From positions 1 through 44,304 of the IMG/VR virus record IMGVR_UViG_3300037478_000874: a stretch of 44,304 nt of DNA. One strand, given 5' to 3'. Source of the DNA: a virus. Lineage: Duplodnaviria > Caudoviricetes. The notes under the pieces were generated by a model, which saw only the letters and a list, made by a program, of their open reading frames with translations, had not been told where the DNA came from and made no database searches. Position numbers and translations under genes: made by a program. Below, piece by piece: positions 16,418-26,236 of the stretch; the stretch's first letter is position 1, and every line of letters begins with the position of its first letter.

Positions 16418-17425
16418 TTAAGCGTCGTTCGCGGAATCGAGATAGATCAGCACCTGCAGGCCGACGAAGTTGGCCGGGCCGGCGAGGTTGTCGGCGGCGT
16501 CGGCGAACAGCCGGGTGAGGCGGAAGACGAGCGTGTCGATGTCGACCGGCGAGCCCGCCGGCAGCACCACAGCGAAGGCGGCCTGGCGGTAGATGCCGGT
16601 GCCGCCGGCGTCGGTGCAGGTGACCGCGGCGCTCCAGGGCGAATCCAAGGCGTCGCCGTCGCCCTGGCCCTGGACCTCGATCTGCCACACGACTTCGTTC
16701 GGCGAGCCGCCGGTGTCCTCGAACCACTTGAGCGTGCCGTAGATCATCGCCGACGCGTCGGCCGACGGCGGCAGGTCGATCATCGTCTGGGCATACTGCT
16801 GGTCGGCCGGCGAGCCGCCCTCGGCGGCGAACGCCAGATACGGCGTCATCTTGCGGTAGGTGGCGCTCTCGTGCCACGCCAGCGCGGCGCAGCCGTTGGT
16901 GGTCTGCGGCTTCCACGAGGGTGCCCGGCGGTTGACCGCGCGGTAGCCCTGCTTGAGGAAGCCCGACAGCACGTTCGGCCGGAGATCGTCGATCAGGGTG
17001 TCGTCGATCGCCGTGGTCGCCACGGCGAGCCGGATGCGCGCTAATGGTATTTTCCCTGCGGGTATGGCGGGATCGGCCGGGCTGGCCGCCTCGGTCCCCG
17101 TCACGATGGCGACCGCGCCGGTGAGCTGGTCGATGTACACGATGTCGCGGCGCGGGTTGGCGGCGGGCGCCACCATGGCGGCCGTGGTCTGCGCCGCCAC
17201 CGTGGCGCGCGCCCCGGTCGCGATATTGAGGATGGTTCCCGCCCGCACCTGCACCGTCATGTCTGGCGCCGGCGAGCCGCTCACCGTCTCGTTGACCGCG
17301 AACCCCGCGCCGACGACAGACATGGCGTCGATCGAGTTGTCGATCGCCGTCTTGTACGCGGTGCCGGTGTCGGCCTCGAAGTCCGGCTGGTCGAACGTGC
17401 CGGTGCCGGGTCCAGAATCAGCCAT
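16418..17425 (-). CDS. Tail fibre/spike protein
   Basis: PDMTVQVRAG...NPRRDIVYID...PAIPAGKIPLARI pattern of phage tail proteins, immediately after the tail tip gene. Confidence 0.75.
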   Translation of the reverse strand: MADSGPGTGTFDQPDFEADTGTAYKTAIDNSIDAMSVVGAGFAVNETVSGSPAPDMTVQVRAGTILNIATGARATVAAQTTAAMVAPAANPRRDIVYIDQLTGAVAIVTGTEAASPADPAIPAGKIPLARIRLAVATTAIDDTLIDDLRPNVLSGFLKQGYRAVNRRAPSWKPQTTNGCAALAWHESATYRKMTPYLAFAAEGGSPADQQYAQTMIDLPPSADASAMIYGTLKWFEDTGGSPNEVVWQIEVQGQGDGDALDSPWSAAVTCTDAGGTGIYRQAAFAVVLPAGSPVDIDTLVFRLTRLFADAADNLAGPANFVGLQVLIYLDSANDA

Positions 17426-17435
17426 TTTGTTTCCT

Positions 17436-17523
17436 CGTCATGGCCGGACTTGATCCGGCCATCCATCTTGTTGCCCCCCTCCCTGCCCTCCCCCTGGACG
17501 GGGGAGGGTTGGGGTGGGGGTGA
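17436..17523. repeat. REP-like palindrome GTCATGGCCGG..CCGGCCATCC plus a C/G-tract hairpin
   Basis: The first element is identical to 27454-27488. The C/G-tract element recurs about 9 times in the genome. Confidence 0.85.
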
Positions 17524-17536
17524 AGGGGTGAATCGG

Positions 17537-20500
17537 CTAAACCCCGCGCGCGAAGTAGTCCACGCTGGAATCGGCGAGGTCGATGCCCAAGGTCACGTTG
17601 GGCGGGTTGACGAACTCGGTGGCGAACGTGACCGCCTCGGTGTCGATCAGGTCGCCGGCGCCGTCGTAGATCTTGATCGTGAAGCCGGTGCCGGCGACGT
17701 CCTCCTTGAACGCGAACAGCGGCACGGTGGGCGAGCCGGCGGTGAAGGCGACGGTGCCCTTTTCATTGCGCTCCTCGGCGTCGACGGTGAACGAAAAGCT
17801 GTCCAGCCGGGTGACCCCGACGGCGGTGTCCGACACGACGCGGCCCTTGACGAAGCGCGCGGCGGCCTGGCCGACGCTCCACGCCTGGTAGCCGTCGTAG
17901 TCCCCGCCGGCGGCGCGGGTGTCGACCTGCAGCGCGGCCGATTCGTCGCCGGTCGCGCCGGGGCCCAGTGCCGCGACCACGTCGCCCCATACCCGCGCCT
18001 CGGCGTCGACCCCGATGTCGATCTCCGGCGTCTCGTAGACTGCCGCGGCGACCGGGTCGGCGACGTAGCTGTCGAACACCGCGAAGTCGGCGGCGTCGGC
18101 GAACGAGGCGGAGTCGGGATTGAGATGGCCGGTGCGCGGGTTGCGCACGAAGCCCATGATGCGCACCGGGCTGCGCGGGGTCGGCGAATAGCAGATCGCG
18201 CGGCAAGTGCCGCCCGGCAAGGTCTCGGGATCGGCGAGCTGCTGCCAGTCCGACACCCGGTAAAACGCCACGAACGGCGTCGTTTCCAGCGCAACCGCAA
18301 GCTGCGCGCCATCCGGGCTGAAACGCACCCGGTGCGCCGTCGCGGGCGGCGCGAGGGTCTCGCTGACCGTCCAGCCCGCGGTCGCGACGACGGTGACCCG
18401 CGCCATGTTCTGCCCGATCGCCAGCGTGGCGCTGTCCGGGCTGAACGCGAGGCCGTTGACGTTGGTCGAGGCGGCGGCGAGCGCGATGTCCGCCGCCACC
18501 GACCAGTCCGCTGTCGCATAGACCTTGACCGCGCCGACGTAGCCGACCGCGAGCCACACACCGTCGGGCGAGAACGCGAGATCGCCCGACGCTGTCGGCG
18601 GCAGGCTGGCCGGGTCCGCGCGCGTCGCCAGCGTCGAGCCGGTCAGCTCGTAGAGGCGGATATAGGGCGTCGTGTTGATCGCCGCGGCGATCAGATAATC
18701 CGCCGGCGAGCCCACCGCCGTCGGGGCGAACTTTACGTTGGACAGGCTGTCCGTCGCGAGGCTGGTCAGCACCGACCAGTCCGCCGTGTCGTAAACGACG
18801 AGGTCGTCGCCCACAGTGCCGCACCCGGCCGCCAGCCGCCGTGAATCGGGGGAGAACGAAACCCGCACCGCGGCACTCGGCAGCGTCGCCGGATCGGCGA
18901 GCTTGGTCCACGCGCCGCTCGTCTCGTAGATCGTGACGAACGGGCTTGCCGCGTGGCCGAAGGCGACCAAGGCGCCGTCGGGCGACCAGTCGGCCGAAAT
19001 CGCGTTGCCCGGCAGATCGGCGACGACGCCGGTGCCCGCTGTCAGGGAGGCCGCCCCGTAGCGGCTGATTTTCGGCGAGGCCTCCTGGAGCCCCAGCGCG
19101 ACGATGTACTGATCGTGCCCGCGCCACAGCGGCGCCTGCTCCCGGGTGTCGATCACCGTGTTGGCGTTGGCGATGGTGAGCGAGCGCGTCGCCGCGGCGG
19201 CGGAATAGTTGCCCGACGTGTCGCGCGCCTTGATGGCGAAGGTCCAGGGCGACACCGCGGTGTCGCCGTGGCGCACCACCGACGGCGGCACCGCGGCCGA
19301 GGTGACCTGGGTGCCGCGGGTGACCGAGGTGAGCAGCGTGCCCGGCGCGAAGGTGGCGGTCCAGTCGTCCCACGGCGTGGCGGACGAACCGTAGCGGATC
19401 TCGTAGCCGGCCAGATCCGCGTCGCCGACCTGGTCCCAGCGGAACACCACCACGTTGCCGTTCTGCTGCACCGCGAACCCGGTCACGTCCTCGGGCAGCG
19501 CGGTCTTGCCGATCACCGTGTGGCCCTGCGGGCTGCCCGCCACCTCGAGCGGATCGGAGCGCTTGCCGATCTGGTTGATCGCAAACACGCGCACCTCGTA
19601 GACGGCGCCGTCTTCCACGTCCCACACGTAGCCGAAATAGGCGTCGGGCGAGCCGCCCTCCGCGGCGATCGCGGCGAGCTTGGTCCACGCCCCGGCGCCC
19701 TTCCTGTACTGCACCTCGTAGCTGTCGACGAACGGGTCCGGGGATCCCGTGAAGTCGAAGCGGATGCGCGACACCACCGTGCCGTCGTCCTTGAGGAACA
19801 GGGTCGAGGTGCCGGACGTGAGCGCGAGCGCGGAGGGCGGCTCGACGGTGAAGGCCGACGGCAGGTTGGTGTTGGGCGCCGGGTCGACCGTGGTCTCGTC
19901 GGCGGCCGCGGTGAAGTCGTAGACCGTGCTGGCGGTCTCGCGAAGCGTGAGCTCGACCACCAGGATCGGGCCGCCGGCGGAGTCGGTGTCGGCGCCGAAG
20001 CGCAGGCTTTCGACCAGGAACGCCTTGGCCGACCAGCCCATGCGGGTGTTGGTGAGCGCCACCGTGTCGCCGGCCTGGACCCTGAGCGCCGCCAGGTTGA
20101 AGCGCGCCTCGACGGCGATCTGCTGGCGGTGCTCCCTGAGCAGGATGCGCGCCAGGCGCTGCGCCGTCTGGGCGCGCCGGGTGAACGGCAGGTCGTAGTC
20201 GAGGAAGATCTCCTCGCCGCTGTCCTCGGTCACGAACGCATCGTCTTGCTGCACCGGATAGTCGGTCGGCTGGCCGGCGTTGGCGGGCGACACGAAGATG
20301 CCCTTGACCGCGTTGAAGCGCTCGCGCCGGCCGAGCTTGGTGGTGACCCGGATGCCGCCGTGCAGGTCGTCCTCGTCCAAGGTGATGGTGGGCGCGGTGT
20401 AGGCGCCGGCGAGGATGCGCCACGCGCCGCCGGCGAAGATCAGCTTGCCGGCGAAGCTGGTCAGCATGTCGGCGATGATGTCGCGCGGCGCGCGGTCGGC

Positions 20501-21751
20501 CTCGATGACGCCGCCCAGCGAGTAGCGCGGCTCGGCGGTCTTGAGGATGCAGCCGGTGCCGGTGCCGGCCGTCGTGATGTCGATGGCGGCGCCGGCGATC
20601 GCGGCGGTGAAGCTGGCGGCGAGCTGGATGCGCGGATCGCACTGCGGCGCCGCGCTCGTGGCCTTGAAGGCGTCGATCAGTCCGGCCGCCTCGGCGGTGG
20701 CGAAGTCGCCGGCGAGCGACGGGCTGCCCAACGTGACGGCGGTCTTGGCGGCGGTGAAATAGCCCTGCGGCCGCTTGACGATCACGTAATAATCGGTGGC
20801 GGCCGCCAGGCCGGCCGGCATCTCGCCGACCCACGCGACCCTGACGCGGTCGCCGGTCTGCAGCCGCAGATACGGCGCGCTTTCGGCGGTCGCCAGATCG
20901 ATCGTGTCGTCGGCGGCCGACACCGCCACCGTGAGGTGGCCCTGCGGCACGACGGCGACGAACTCGTCGCACACGTCGGCCGCCGTGGCGACCTGGGCCG
21001 CGCTGAGCTCGACGTCGGTGAGCCCGAGGCCGTAGGTCGCGTCCTTGAGGTAGTGCGCCAGCGCCAGCACCGGGTTGGCGGACCAGGTCGCGGCGCCGGT
21101 GCCGCGCGGGTCGTCCGTCGCCATGCCCTTGACGTCGGCCGAGATGTTCGGGATGCCGGTCTCGAACTTGTCGCGGTCGTAGGTCAGCCGCACGTAGAGG
21201 TAGGCGCGGCCGCGGCCGCGGTAATCCTCGGTGGCCGAGGTCTCGGCGACGAGGTCGGCGTCGGCAACCTGGCCGGCGGTGCCGAGATGCTTCTTGATGC
21301 GCACCTTGCCGGCGAAGCGGCCGGCGGTGACCTCGCCCGCGCCGTCGATCTGGTCGCTATAGACCGGCACGTCGTGCAGGTAGACGGTGCCGATCTCGGC
21401 GACCTCGTGGGCGGCCAGCACCACCACCAGGTGGAGCTTGGCGTTGGAGTTGGTGGTCTCGGCGAACACCAGCGGGCCCGAGATGCGCGCCTCGCCGAAC
21501 ACCAGGCGGTGCGGCGTGACCGCCTGGCGGATCTGCTGGGTGTGGCCCTCGGCGTAGGATTCGAAGCTGGCGAAGTTGGGCATCTTCGGCTTCGGCGCCA
21601 TCATCGAGGTGACGACGCTGAGCGCGAACGAGCCGAGCCCGATCAGGGTCGCCGACATCGCGACCGAGAGCCCGAAGACCACCGTCCCCGTCGCTGCCGC
21701 GAGCCCGGCGGAAAAGGCGGCCGCGAGCGCGGCGGCGGCGAACTTAGCCAT
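17537..21751 (-). CDS. Tail tip/central fibre protein (gpJ-like) with FN3 and WD40-like propeller
   Basis: VFGEARISG, GRAYLYVRL, GIPNISADVKG, SANPVLAL, RFNAVKG, FN3-like YEVRVFAIN and AFSPDG repeats. Confidence 0.9.
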   Translation of the reverse strand: MAKFAAAALAAAFSAGLAAATGTVVFGLSVAMSATLIGLGSFALSVVTSMMAPKPKMPNFASFESYAEGHTQQIRQAVTPHRLVFGEARISGPLVFAETTNSNAKLHLVVVLAAHEVAEIGTVYLHDVPVYSDQIDGAGEVTAGRFAGKVRIKKHLGTAGQVADADLVAETSATEDYRGRGRAYLYVRLTYDRDKFETGIPNISADVKGMATDDPRGTGAATWSANPVLALAHYLKDATYGLGLTDVELSAAQVATAADVCDEFVAVVPQGHLTVAVSAADDTIDLATAESAPYLRLQTGDRVRVAWVGEMPAGLAAATDYYVIVKRPQGYFTAAKTAVTLGSPSLAGDFATAEAAGLIDAFKATSAAPQCDPRIQLAASFTAAIAGAAIDITTAGTGTGCILKTAEPRYSLGGVIEADRAPRDIIADMLTSFAGKLIFAGGAWRILAGAYTAPTITLDEDDLHGGIRVTTKLGRRERFNAVKGIFVSPANAGQPTDYPVQQDDAFVTEDSGEEIFLDYDLPFTRRAQTAQRLARILLREHRQQIAVEARFNLAALRVQAGDTVALTNTRMGWSAKAFLVESLRFGADTDSAGGPILVVELTLRETASTVYDFTAAADETTVDPAPNTNLPSAFTVEPPSALALTSGTSTLFLKDDGTVVSRIRFDFTGSPDPFVDSYEVQYRKGAGAWTKLAAIAAEGGSPDAYFGYVWDVEDGAVYEVRVFAINQIGKRSDPLEVAGSPQGHTVIGKTALPEDVTGFAVQQNGNVVVFRWDQVGDADLAGYEIRYGSSATPWDDWTATFAPGTLLTSVTRGTQVTSAAVPPSVVRHGDTAVSPWTFAIKARDTSGNYSAAAATRSLTIANANTVIDTREQAPLWRGHDQYIVALGLQEASPKISRYGAASLTAGTGVVADLPGNAISADWSPDGALVAFGHAASPFVTIYETSGAWTKLADPATLPSAAVRVSFSPDSRRLAAGCGTVGDDLVVYDTADWSVLTSLATDSLSNVKFAPTAVGSPADYLIAAAINTTPYIRLYELTGSTLATRADPASLPPTASGDLAFSPDGVWLAVGYVGAVKVYATADWSVAADIALAAASTNVNGLAFSPDSATLAIGQNMARVTVVATAGWTVSETLAPPATAHRVRFSPDGAQLAVALETTPFVAFYRVSDWQQLADPETLPGGTCRAICYSPTPRSPVRIMGFVRNPRTGHLNPDSASFADAADFAVFDSYVADPVAAAVYETPEIDIGVDAEARVWGDVVAALGPGATGDESAALQVDTRAAGGDYDGYQAWSVGQAAARFVKGRVVSDTAVGVTRLDSFSFTVDAEERNEKGTVAFTAGSPTVPLFAFKEDVAGTGFTIKIYDGAGDLIDTEAVTFATEFVNPPNVTLGIDLADSSVDYFARGV

Positions 21752-21753
21752 TT

Positions 21754-22413
21754 TTATCGGCCTTGCACGTCAGCCGCCACACCAACCCTGCCGTGCAAGG
21801 CCGTACCCTCCCCCCTTGCGGGGGAGGGCAGGGTGGGGGGAGACACGAGGCCGGGCGTCTGCACGCACCGATCCATGTCCCTGACCAGCAGCACGCCGCC
21901 TGGCGCGAATCCGTGCTTGGCGAGCAGGTTGACGTTCATCTGCTGGGCGCGATCGCCGACCCGGCCGAGCGGGGCGACAAAAGCGCAGCGAACGCCGTTC
22001 GCGTCGAACCAGGCGCTGGCCGCGGCGATCAGCGCGCGCCCGGCCGGCCCGCCCCGGAACGCCCGGCGGACGTAGTATTTGGCGATGTAGCCCTGCGCCT
22101 CGGTGCAGAAATCGCGCTGCGCCGCGGCCATTATGCAGCCGGCGAGCGCGCCGCCCGCGTCGGCCACCAGCAGCGCGTGCCCCGGGGCCGCCATATAGAC
22201 GCCGAAGGTCGCCGTCGAAACCCGGGGGTCGTGCGTCCACCCCCAGTCGCTCTCCGCCGCGAACTCCGCCGCGATCGCCAGCAGCTGCGGCAGGTCCTTG
22301 GCCGTCGCGGCGCGGACGGAGACTGGACCGGCGCCCCCCCTCCCTGCCCTCCCCCTCGAGGGGGGAGGGTTGGGGTGGGGGTGAGCGACGCGCAGCGGCG
22401 CTACGCTTTCCAT
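21754..22413 (-). CDS. GNAT acetyltransferase with repeat-derived N- and C-terminal extensions
   Basis: VRAATAKDLPQL, LLVADAGGALAG, YYVRRAFRGGPAGRALI, LLAKHGF. Confidence 0.75.
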   Translation of the reverse strand: MESVAPLRVAHPHPNPPPSRGRAGRGGAGPVSVRAATAKDLPQLLAIAAEFAAESDWGWTHDPRVSTATFGVYMAAPGHALLVADAGGALAGCIMAAAQRDFCTEAQGYIAKYYVRRAFRGGPAGRALIAAASAWFDANGVRCAFVAPLGRVGDRAQQMNVNLLAKHGFAPGGVLLVRDMDRCVQTPGLVSPPTLPSPARGEGTALHGRVGVAADVQGR

Positions 22414-22985
22414 ATGATTTCCCGGTTCTGCAGGGCGGCGACCTGGTCGAAGAAGGCGTCGCGCTCGGTGTCGGGGCTGCCGACGCCGGCCGGCCAGTCG
22501 ATCGCCTGGTCCTCCGGCGTGTAGCGGCGCAGCCGCGGCCGCTCGAGGTCGACCAGCTTGTTCTCGACGCTCATGGTGATGGTCGAGGTGTCGCCGCGCT
22601 CGTCGATGGTCATCACGTCCATGCGGCCGGAGAACACCAGCACCGGGTCGGCGACGATGGCGCCGGCCGCGTCGAGCGCGCCCAGGTACACGTAGGCGGC
22701 GCGGCCCTGGTAGGCCTCGGACAAGGCGACGCTGAGCAGCGCCGACGGGATGCCGGACAGCGACATCTGCAGGCCGGCGGCGCGGATCTCGGCGGTCTCC
22801 TCGACCGACGAGAACGCCATCAGGTCGCCGATGCCGAGATAGTCGTCGCCGTCCCACGTCAACGTGCCGAGCCCGTCCCACACGAACAGCGGGTCGCTGT
22901 CGAACGCGAGGTGCACCAGCACGATCGGCCTGAGCTGCGCCGCCGTGATCTCGGCGATCATCCCGGCGGTGAGTGTGCGTGCCAT
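22401..22985 (-). CDS. Minor tail (hub) protein
   Basis: LTWDGDDYLGIG, YQGR, FSGRMD, RYTPEDQ; position in the tail module. Confidence 0.8.
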   Translation of the reverse strand: MARTLTAGMIAEITAAQLRPIVLVHLAFDSDPLFVWDGLGTLTWDGDDYLGIGDLMAFSSVEETAEIRAAGLQMSLSGIPSALLSVALSEAYQGRAAYVYLGALDAAGAIVADPVLVFSGRMDVMTIDERGDTSTITMSVENKLVDLERPRLRRYTPEDQAIDWPAGVGSPDTERDAFFDQVAALQNREIIWKA

Positions 22986-23092
22986 CGATCAGAACTCCGC
23001 CCGGCCGGCGCCCCCCCACCCGGCCCACCCCCGCGGGGGGGGAGGGTTGGGGTGGGGGTGACAGGCGCCTGCGAGGTAAGCGAGCCAGCCCA

Positions 23093-23719
23093 TCACAACG
23101 CCTCCTGCGCGCTGAACGAGAAGCCGTAGTTGACCGCCATGTCGACGTCGACGTCGCGCGCGTTGTCGGCGAGGCGGAAGACGCCCTTCGGCGCGCTCAC
23201 CGTGATCGCGCTGCCGTCGGCGTAGGTGGCGCGCAAGGACGGCCAGATGTCGACCGCCGCGTCGCCCTGCGGCGAGCCGACGTTGCCGGCGACGTCGGCG
23301 GTCACCATGTGCAGCCGCGCCGTCGCGCCGGTGCCGAGCTGGATCCACCGCCCGGCCAGCCACACCCCGGCGATTTCCGGCAGCGCGCGCACGTTGAGCA
23401 CCTCGGCCAGCACCGCGTTCGAGCCCGCCGTCACCGGCGTGCCGCCGCCGGCGCCGAGGCTCATGCCGGCCGGCGCCGGCATCAGGAAGGTGCCGCGCCG
23501 GCCCTTGAGCCGGGCGAAGAACGCCGCCCAGGCGCCCGCCTGGGCGGGCCGCATCGGCGGCAGCTCGACCTCGACCGACAGCCGCTTGCCGGTGAACTCG
23601 TGCACCTGCTGGGCCAGCGAGAAATCGGATTCGGTCGCGCCGACGACGTCGTACATCCGCCACCCCGTGGTGCGGAACCCCGGCGTGCTCGGCATGGACA
23701 ATGGATAGGTGATGGTCAT
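23093..23719 (-). CDS. Distal tail protein
   Basis: MTITYPL...AFFARLKGRRGTF...IWPSLR...PKGVFRL, directly after the tape measure gene. Confidence 0.75.
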   Translation of the reverse strand: MTITYPLSMPSTPGFRTTGWRMYDVVGATESDFSLAQQVHEFTGKRLSVEVELPPMRPAQAGAWAAFFARLKGRRGTFLMPAPAGMSLGAGGGTPVTAGSNAVLAEVLNVRALPEIAGVWLAGRWIQLGTGATARLHMVTADVAGNVGSPQGDAAVDIWPSLRATYADGSAITVSAPKGVFRLADNARDVDVDMAVNYGFSFSAQEAL

Positions 23720-23850
23720 GAGGTCTCCGCGCGGCCAGCGCCCCCCCTCCCTCCCCTCCCCCGCGAGGGGGGAGGGTAAGAAGCCCCCTCCCCCTCGACG
23801 GAAGAGGGTCGGGGTGGGGGTGATAAGCGTGGGGGTGAATCAAACAATGC

Positions 23851-25464
23851 TCATCTTCCGCTCATCAAATTCTTAAATCTTCCGCCGCGCTTGGCGGCGT
23901 CGGCGGTGGCGTTGACGGCGCGGCGCTCGACGACACCAGGGCCGGCCAGCGCGTGCAGCGCGCGCTCGACGCGCGCCACGGCGCCCATGTCGGCGCCGCG
24001 CGCGTCGATGATGTAGGTATTGCCGCCGCCGCCGCGCTGCTGGCCCGGCGTCTCGACGGTGACCTTCTCGCCGGGGGTCGCCTTGAAGCTGACCCTCCTG
24101 GAATCGGTGCCGCCCGAGCCGCCGACGGTGAACGAGCCGCCGTCCGCGAACGCCGCGCCCGGCGCGCCGGCGGCCGCGAGGCCGAGGTTCTGGTTGTACA
24201 GCGCCATCGAGCTGGTGCCGAAGGTGGTGCCGAACATGCTTGCCGACGCGCCGGAGAAGAAGTCGCCGAGCCCGGCCAGGCCGACCGAGCCGATCAGCCC
24301 GCCCATGCCGGCCAGGGTCGGCGCGTTGCCGCCGAACAGCATGTTCTTGAGCGGGTTCATGATGGCGAGGCGCATGAACTCCTGGTGGATCTCCGACAAG
24401 ACGCCGCGCATGACGCCCTTCCACGACACCGCGGCGCCCTCGCCCTGCACGAACATCTGGGTGACCGCCGCGCCGACGCGGTCGAACACCTGGTCGGCGA
24501 AGCGCGCCATCTCGGAATGCAAGGCGCGCGTCTTTTTCAGGCTGTCGTCCAGCGCGGCCAGCTCGAAGTCGCGGATGTCCTGGCGGCTTGCCATCTCGGC
24601 GGCGGCCGCGGCGGCGCGCGCCTCGGCGAGGCGGCGGTCGAGCTGCTCGAGCTGGACGGCGCGCTGCAGGTCGGCCTCGTCGGCGCGCTGGCGATCGGCG
24701 GCCGCCTTCTCGGCCGTCTTGGCGGCGGCCTCGCGGCTGGCGCCGAGGCCGGCGGGATTGCCGAGCTGGGCGCTGGCCGCGTCGAGCTCCGCCATCTGGC
24801 GGCGCTTTTGCGTCATCAGCTCCTCGACGCCGGCGAGCTCGGCGCGCGCCTCGGCGAGCTCGCGCGCGGGGAGGCCGCGGCCGTCGCCGATGCCGCGTTC
24901 CAGCGCGCTGCGGCGGCCCTCCAGCTTGTCGAGCTCGGCGTTGAGCGCGCGGTAGGCGGCGACGTTGCCGCCGATCGCCTGGCCGACCTCGCGGGCGAGG
25001 CTCGCCGACTGGCGCTCCTTGGCGGTGAGCAGAAGCTCGTTGGTCTTGGCGAAGGCGTCGTTGAACTCCGTCGCGGCATCGGCCGCCGTCTTGGTGTCGC
25101 GCGACATGCCGAGCATGCCGATGGCGACCGCGCCGGCGATCGACACGACGGCGCCGAGCACGGCGCCGATCGGCCCCAGGATCTGCAGCAGCTGCGAGCC
25201 CTGCTGGGTGAACGCGACGATCGGGTTGACGCCGCCGGCCAGCTGCACCGCGAAGTCGCCGATCTGGAAGCCGGCCTGCTGGATGGCGCCGCGGTAGCTG
25301 CGGAACACGGCGCCGGACGAGCCGAGCGCGCGGTCGGTCGCCGACAGCGCCGAGCCGATGCGCTGCGACGCCGCCACCGACGCGCGCTCGGCCTCGACCA
25401 GGGTGCCGGTGAGCCCGCGCGTGTCGGCGGCGATGCGGATCAGAAGTTGCTGGGATTCGGCCAT
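23851..25464 (-). CDS. Tape measure protein
   Basis: QQAGFQIGDFAVQ...QQGSQL, Ala-rich helical middle region, FADGGSF...ATPGEKV. Confidence 0.9.
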   Translation of the reverse strand: MAESQQLLIRIAADTRGLTGTLVEAERASVAASQRIGSALSATDRALGSSGAVFRSYRGAIQQAGFQIGDFAVQLAGGVNPIVAFTQQGSQLLQILGPIGAVLGAVVSIAGAVAIGMLGMSRDTKTAADAATEFNDAFAKTNELLLTAKERQSASLAREVGQAIGGNVAAYRALNAELDKLEGRRSALERGIGDGRGLPARELAEARAELAGVEELMTQKRRQMAELDAASAQLGNPAGLGASREAAAKTAEKAAADRQRADEADLQRAVQLEQLDRRLAEARAAAAAAEMASRQDIRDFELAALDDSLKKTRALHSEMARFADQVFDRVGAAVTQMFVQGEGAAVSWKGVMRGVLSEIHQEFMRLAIMNPLKNMLFGGNAPTLAGMGGLIGSVGLAGLGDFFSGASASMFGTTFGTSSMALYNQNLGLAAAGAPGAAFADGGSFTVGGSGGTDSRRVSFKATPGEKVTVETPGQQRGGGGNTYIIDARGADMGAVARVERALHALAGPGVVERRAVNATADAAKRGGRFKNLMSGR

Positions 25465-25537
25465 ATGCGCCTCCCCTCCCCCTCGACGGGGGAGGGTCAG
25501 GGTGGGGGTGAATCAAACTTATGTTTGGCGCCGCTCG

Positions 25538-25740
25538 CTAACCTCGCTGAGCGCGCGCATCCTGCTCGATCATCTCGAGCACGTCGTCGGCGCCGAGCGG
25601 GCCGCTGTCCTTGATCCCGTTCTTCTCGCGCCAGCCGGCCAGCGCGGCGGCGATCTCGACCGGCGTCGCCGCCCAGAAGGTGTCCGGGGGCCAGCCGATC
25701 ACGCCGAGGGCGAGCTCGCGGAGCCGCCCCCAGCCGTAGG
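25538..25740 (-). CDS. Tail assembly chaperone, downstream (GT) part
   Basis: The -1 frame reads YGWGRLRELALGVIGWPPDTFWAATPVEIAAA..., overlapping the upstream chaperone gene. Confidence 0.7.
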
Positions 25741-26112
25741 GTCCTCTTCGGCACCGCCTCCCCCATTCCCCGCGGCGGTACCGCCGACGCCCCCGCTGAT
25801 CATGGCGTTGAGCAGCTGGGCGACGGCGCCGACCAGCTCGGCGGACGCGAAGAACCCGGCGGCGTGCAGCAGCTCGCCCATCCTAGCGTCCGCCACCTTG
25901 GCGCGGCCGCCGGCGCGCGCGGCGGCCGCGACGACGATGGCGGCGTCGGTGAGCTTGAGGCGGTCGTCGAAGAACGCGCGCGACAAGGCGAGGATGCCCT
26001 GGCCGGTGGCGGCCTCGATGGCGGCGATCGCGGCGAAGCTCGGGCGCAGGTTGAACTTGAGCCCGCCCAAGGTCACCGCCACGTCGCCGCGCTGCGGATT
26101 GGTCTCGGTCAT
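25699..26112 (-). CDS. Tail assembly chaperone (GTA-like family)
   Basis: NPQRGDVAVTLGG...LRPSFAAIAAIEAATG. Confidence 0.8.
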   Translation of the reverse strand: MTETNPQRGDVAVTLGGLKFNLRPSFAAIAAIEAATGQGILALSRAFFDDRLKLTDAAIVVAAAARAGGRAKVADARMGELLHAAGFFASAELVGAVAQLLNAMISGGVGGTAAGNGGGGAEEDPTAGGGSASSPSA

Positions 26113-26236
26113 GGTCTAAGGTCCTTCGGGGAAAGGGTCGACGAATGCCCCGCTCCAGCCGTCGATGATGCCGCCCACGGGGCCGGCAGTGCGCATCGCG
26201 AGGGGCTGGCGGGGTCGGCCTCGCGATGCGCCACTT

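Noticed and set aside
18170-19000. FSPD/WSPD motifs as part of the GSP sequon set
   Set aside because: These are ordinary WD40-type blade motifs and were excluded from the count.
15611-21751. Diversity-generating retroelement acting on tail genes
   Set aside because: No reverse transcriptase and no template/variable repeat pair seen.
17763-22075. Very long alternative-frame and antisense ORFs (e.g. 17763-20972, 18953-22075, 11422-13611, 2875-4914)
   Set aside because: Shadow ORFs expected at very high GC; they overlap well-supported genes and show no recognisable motifs.
26109-26236. Extra gene between tail tube and chaperone
   Set aside because: The ORF overlaps the tail tube gene out of frame and has no recognisable features; the gap contains a GC hairpin instead.
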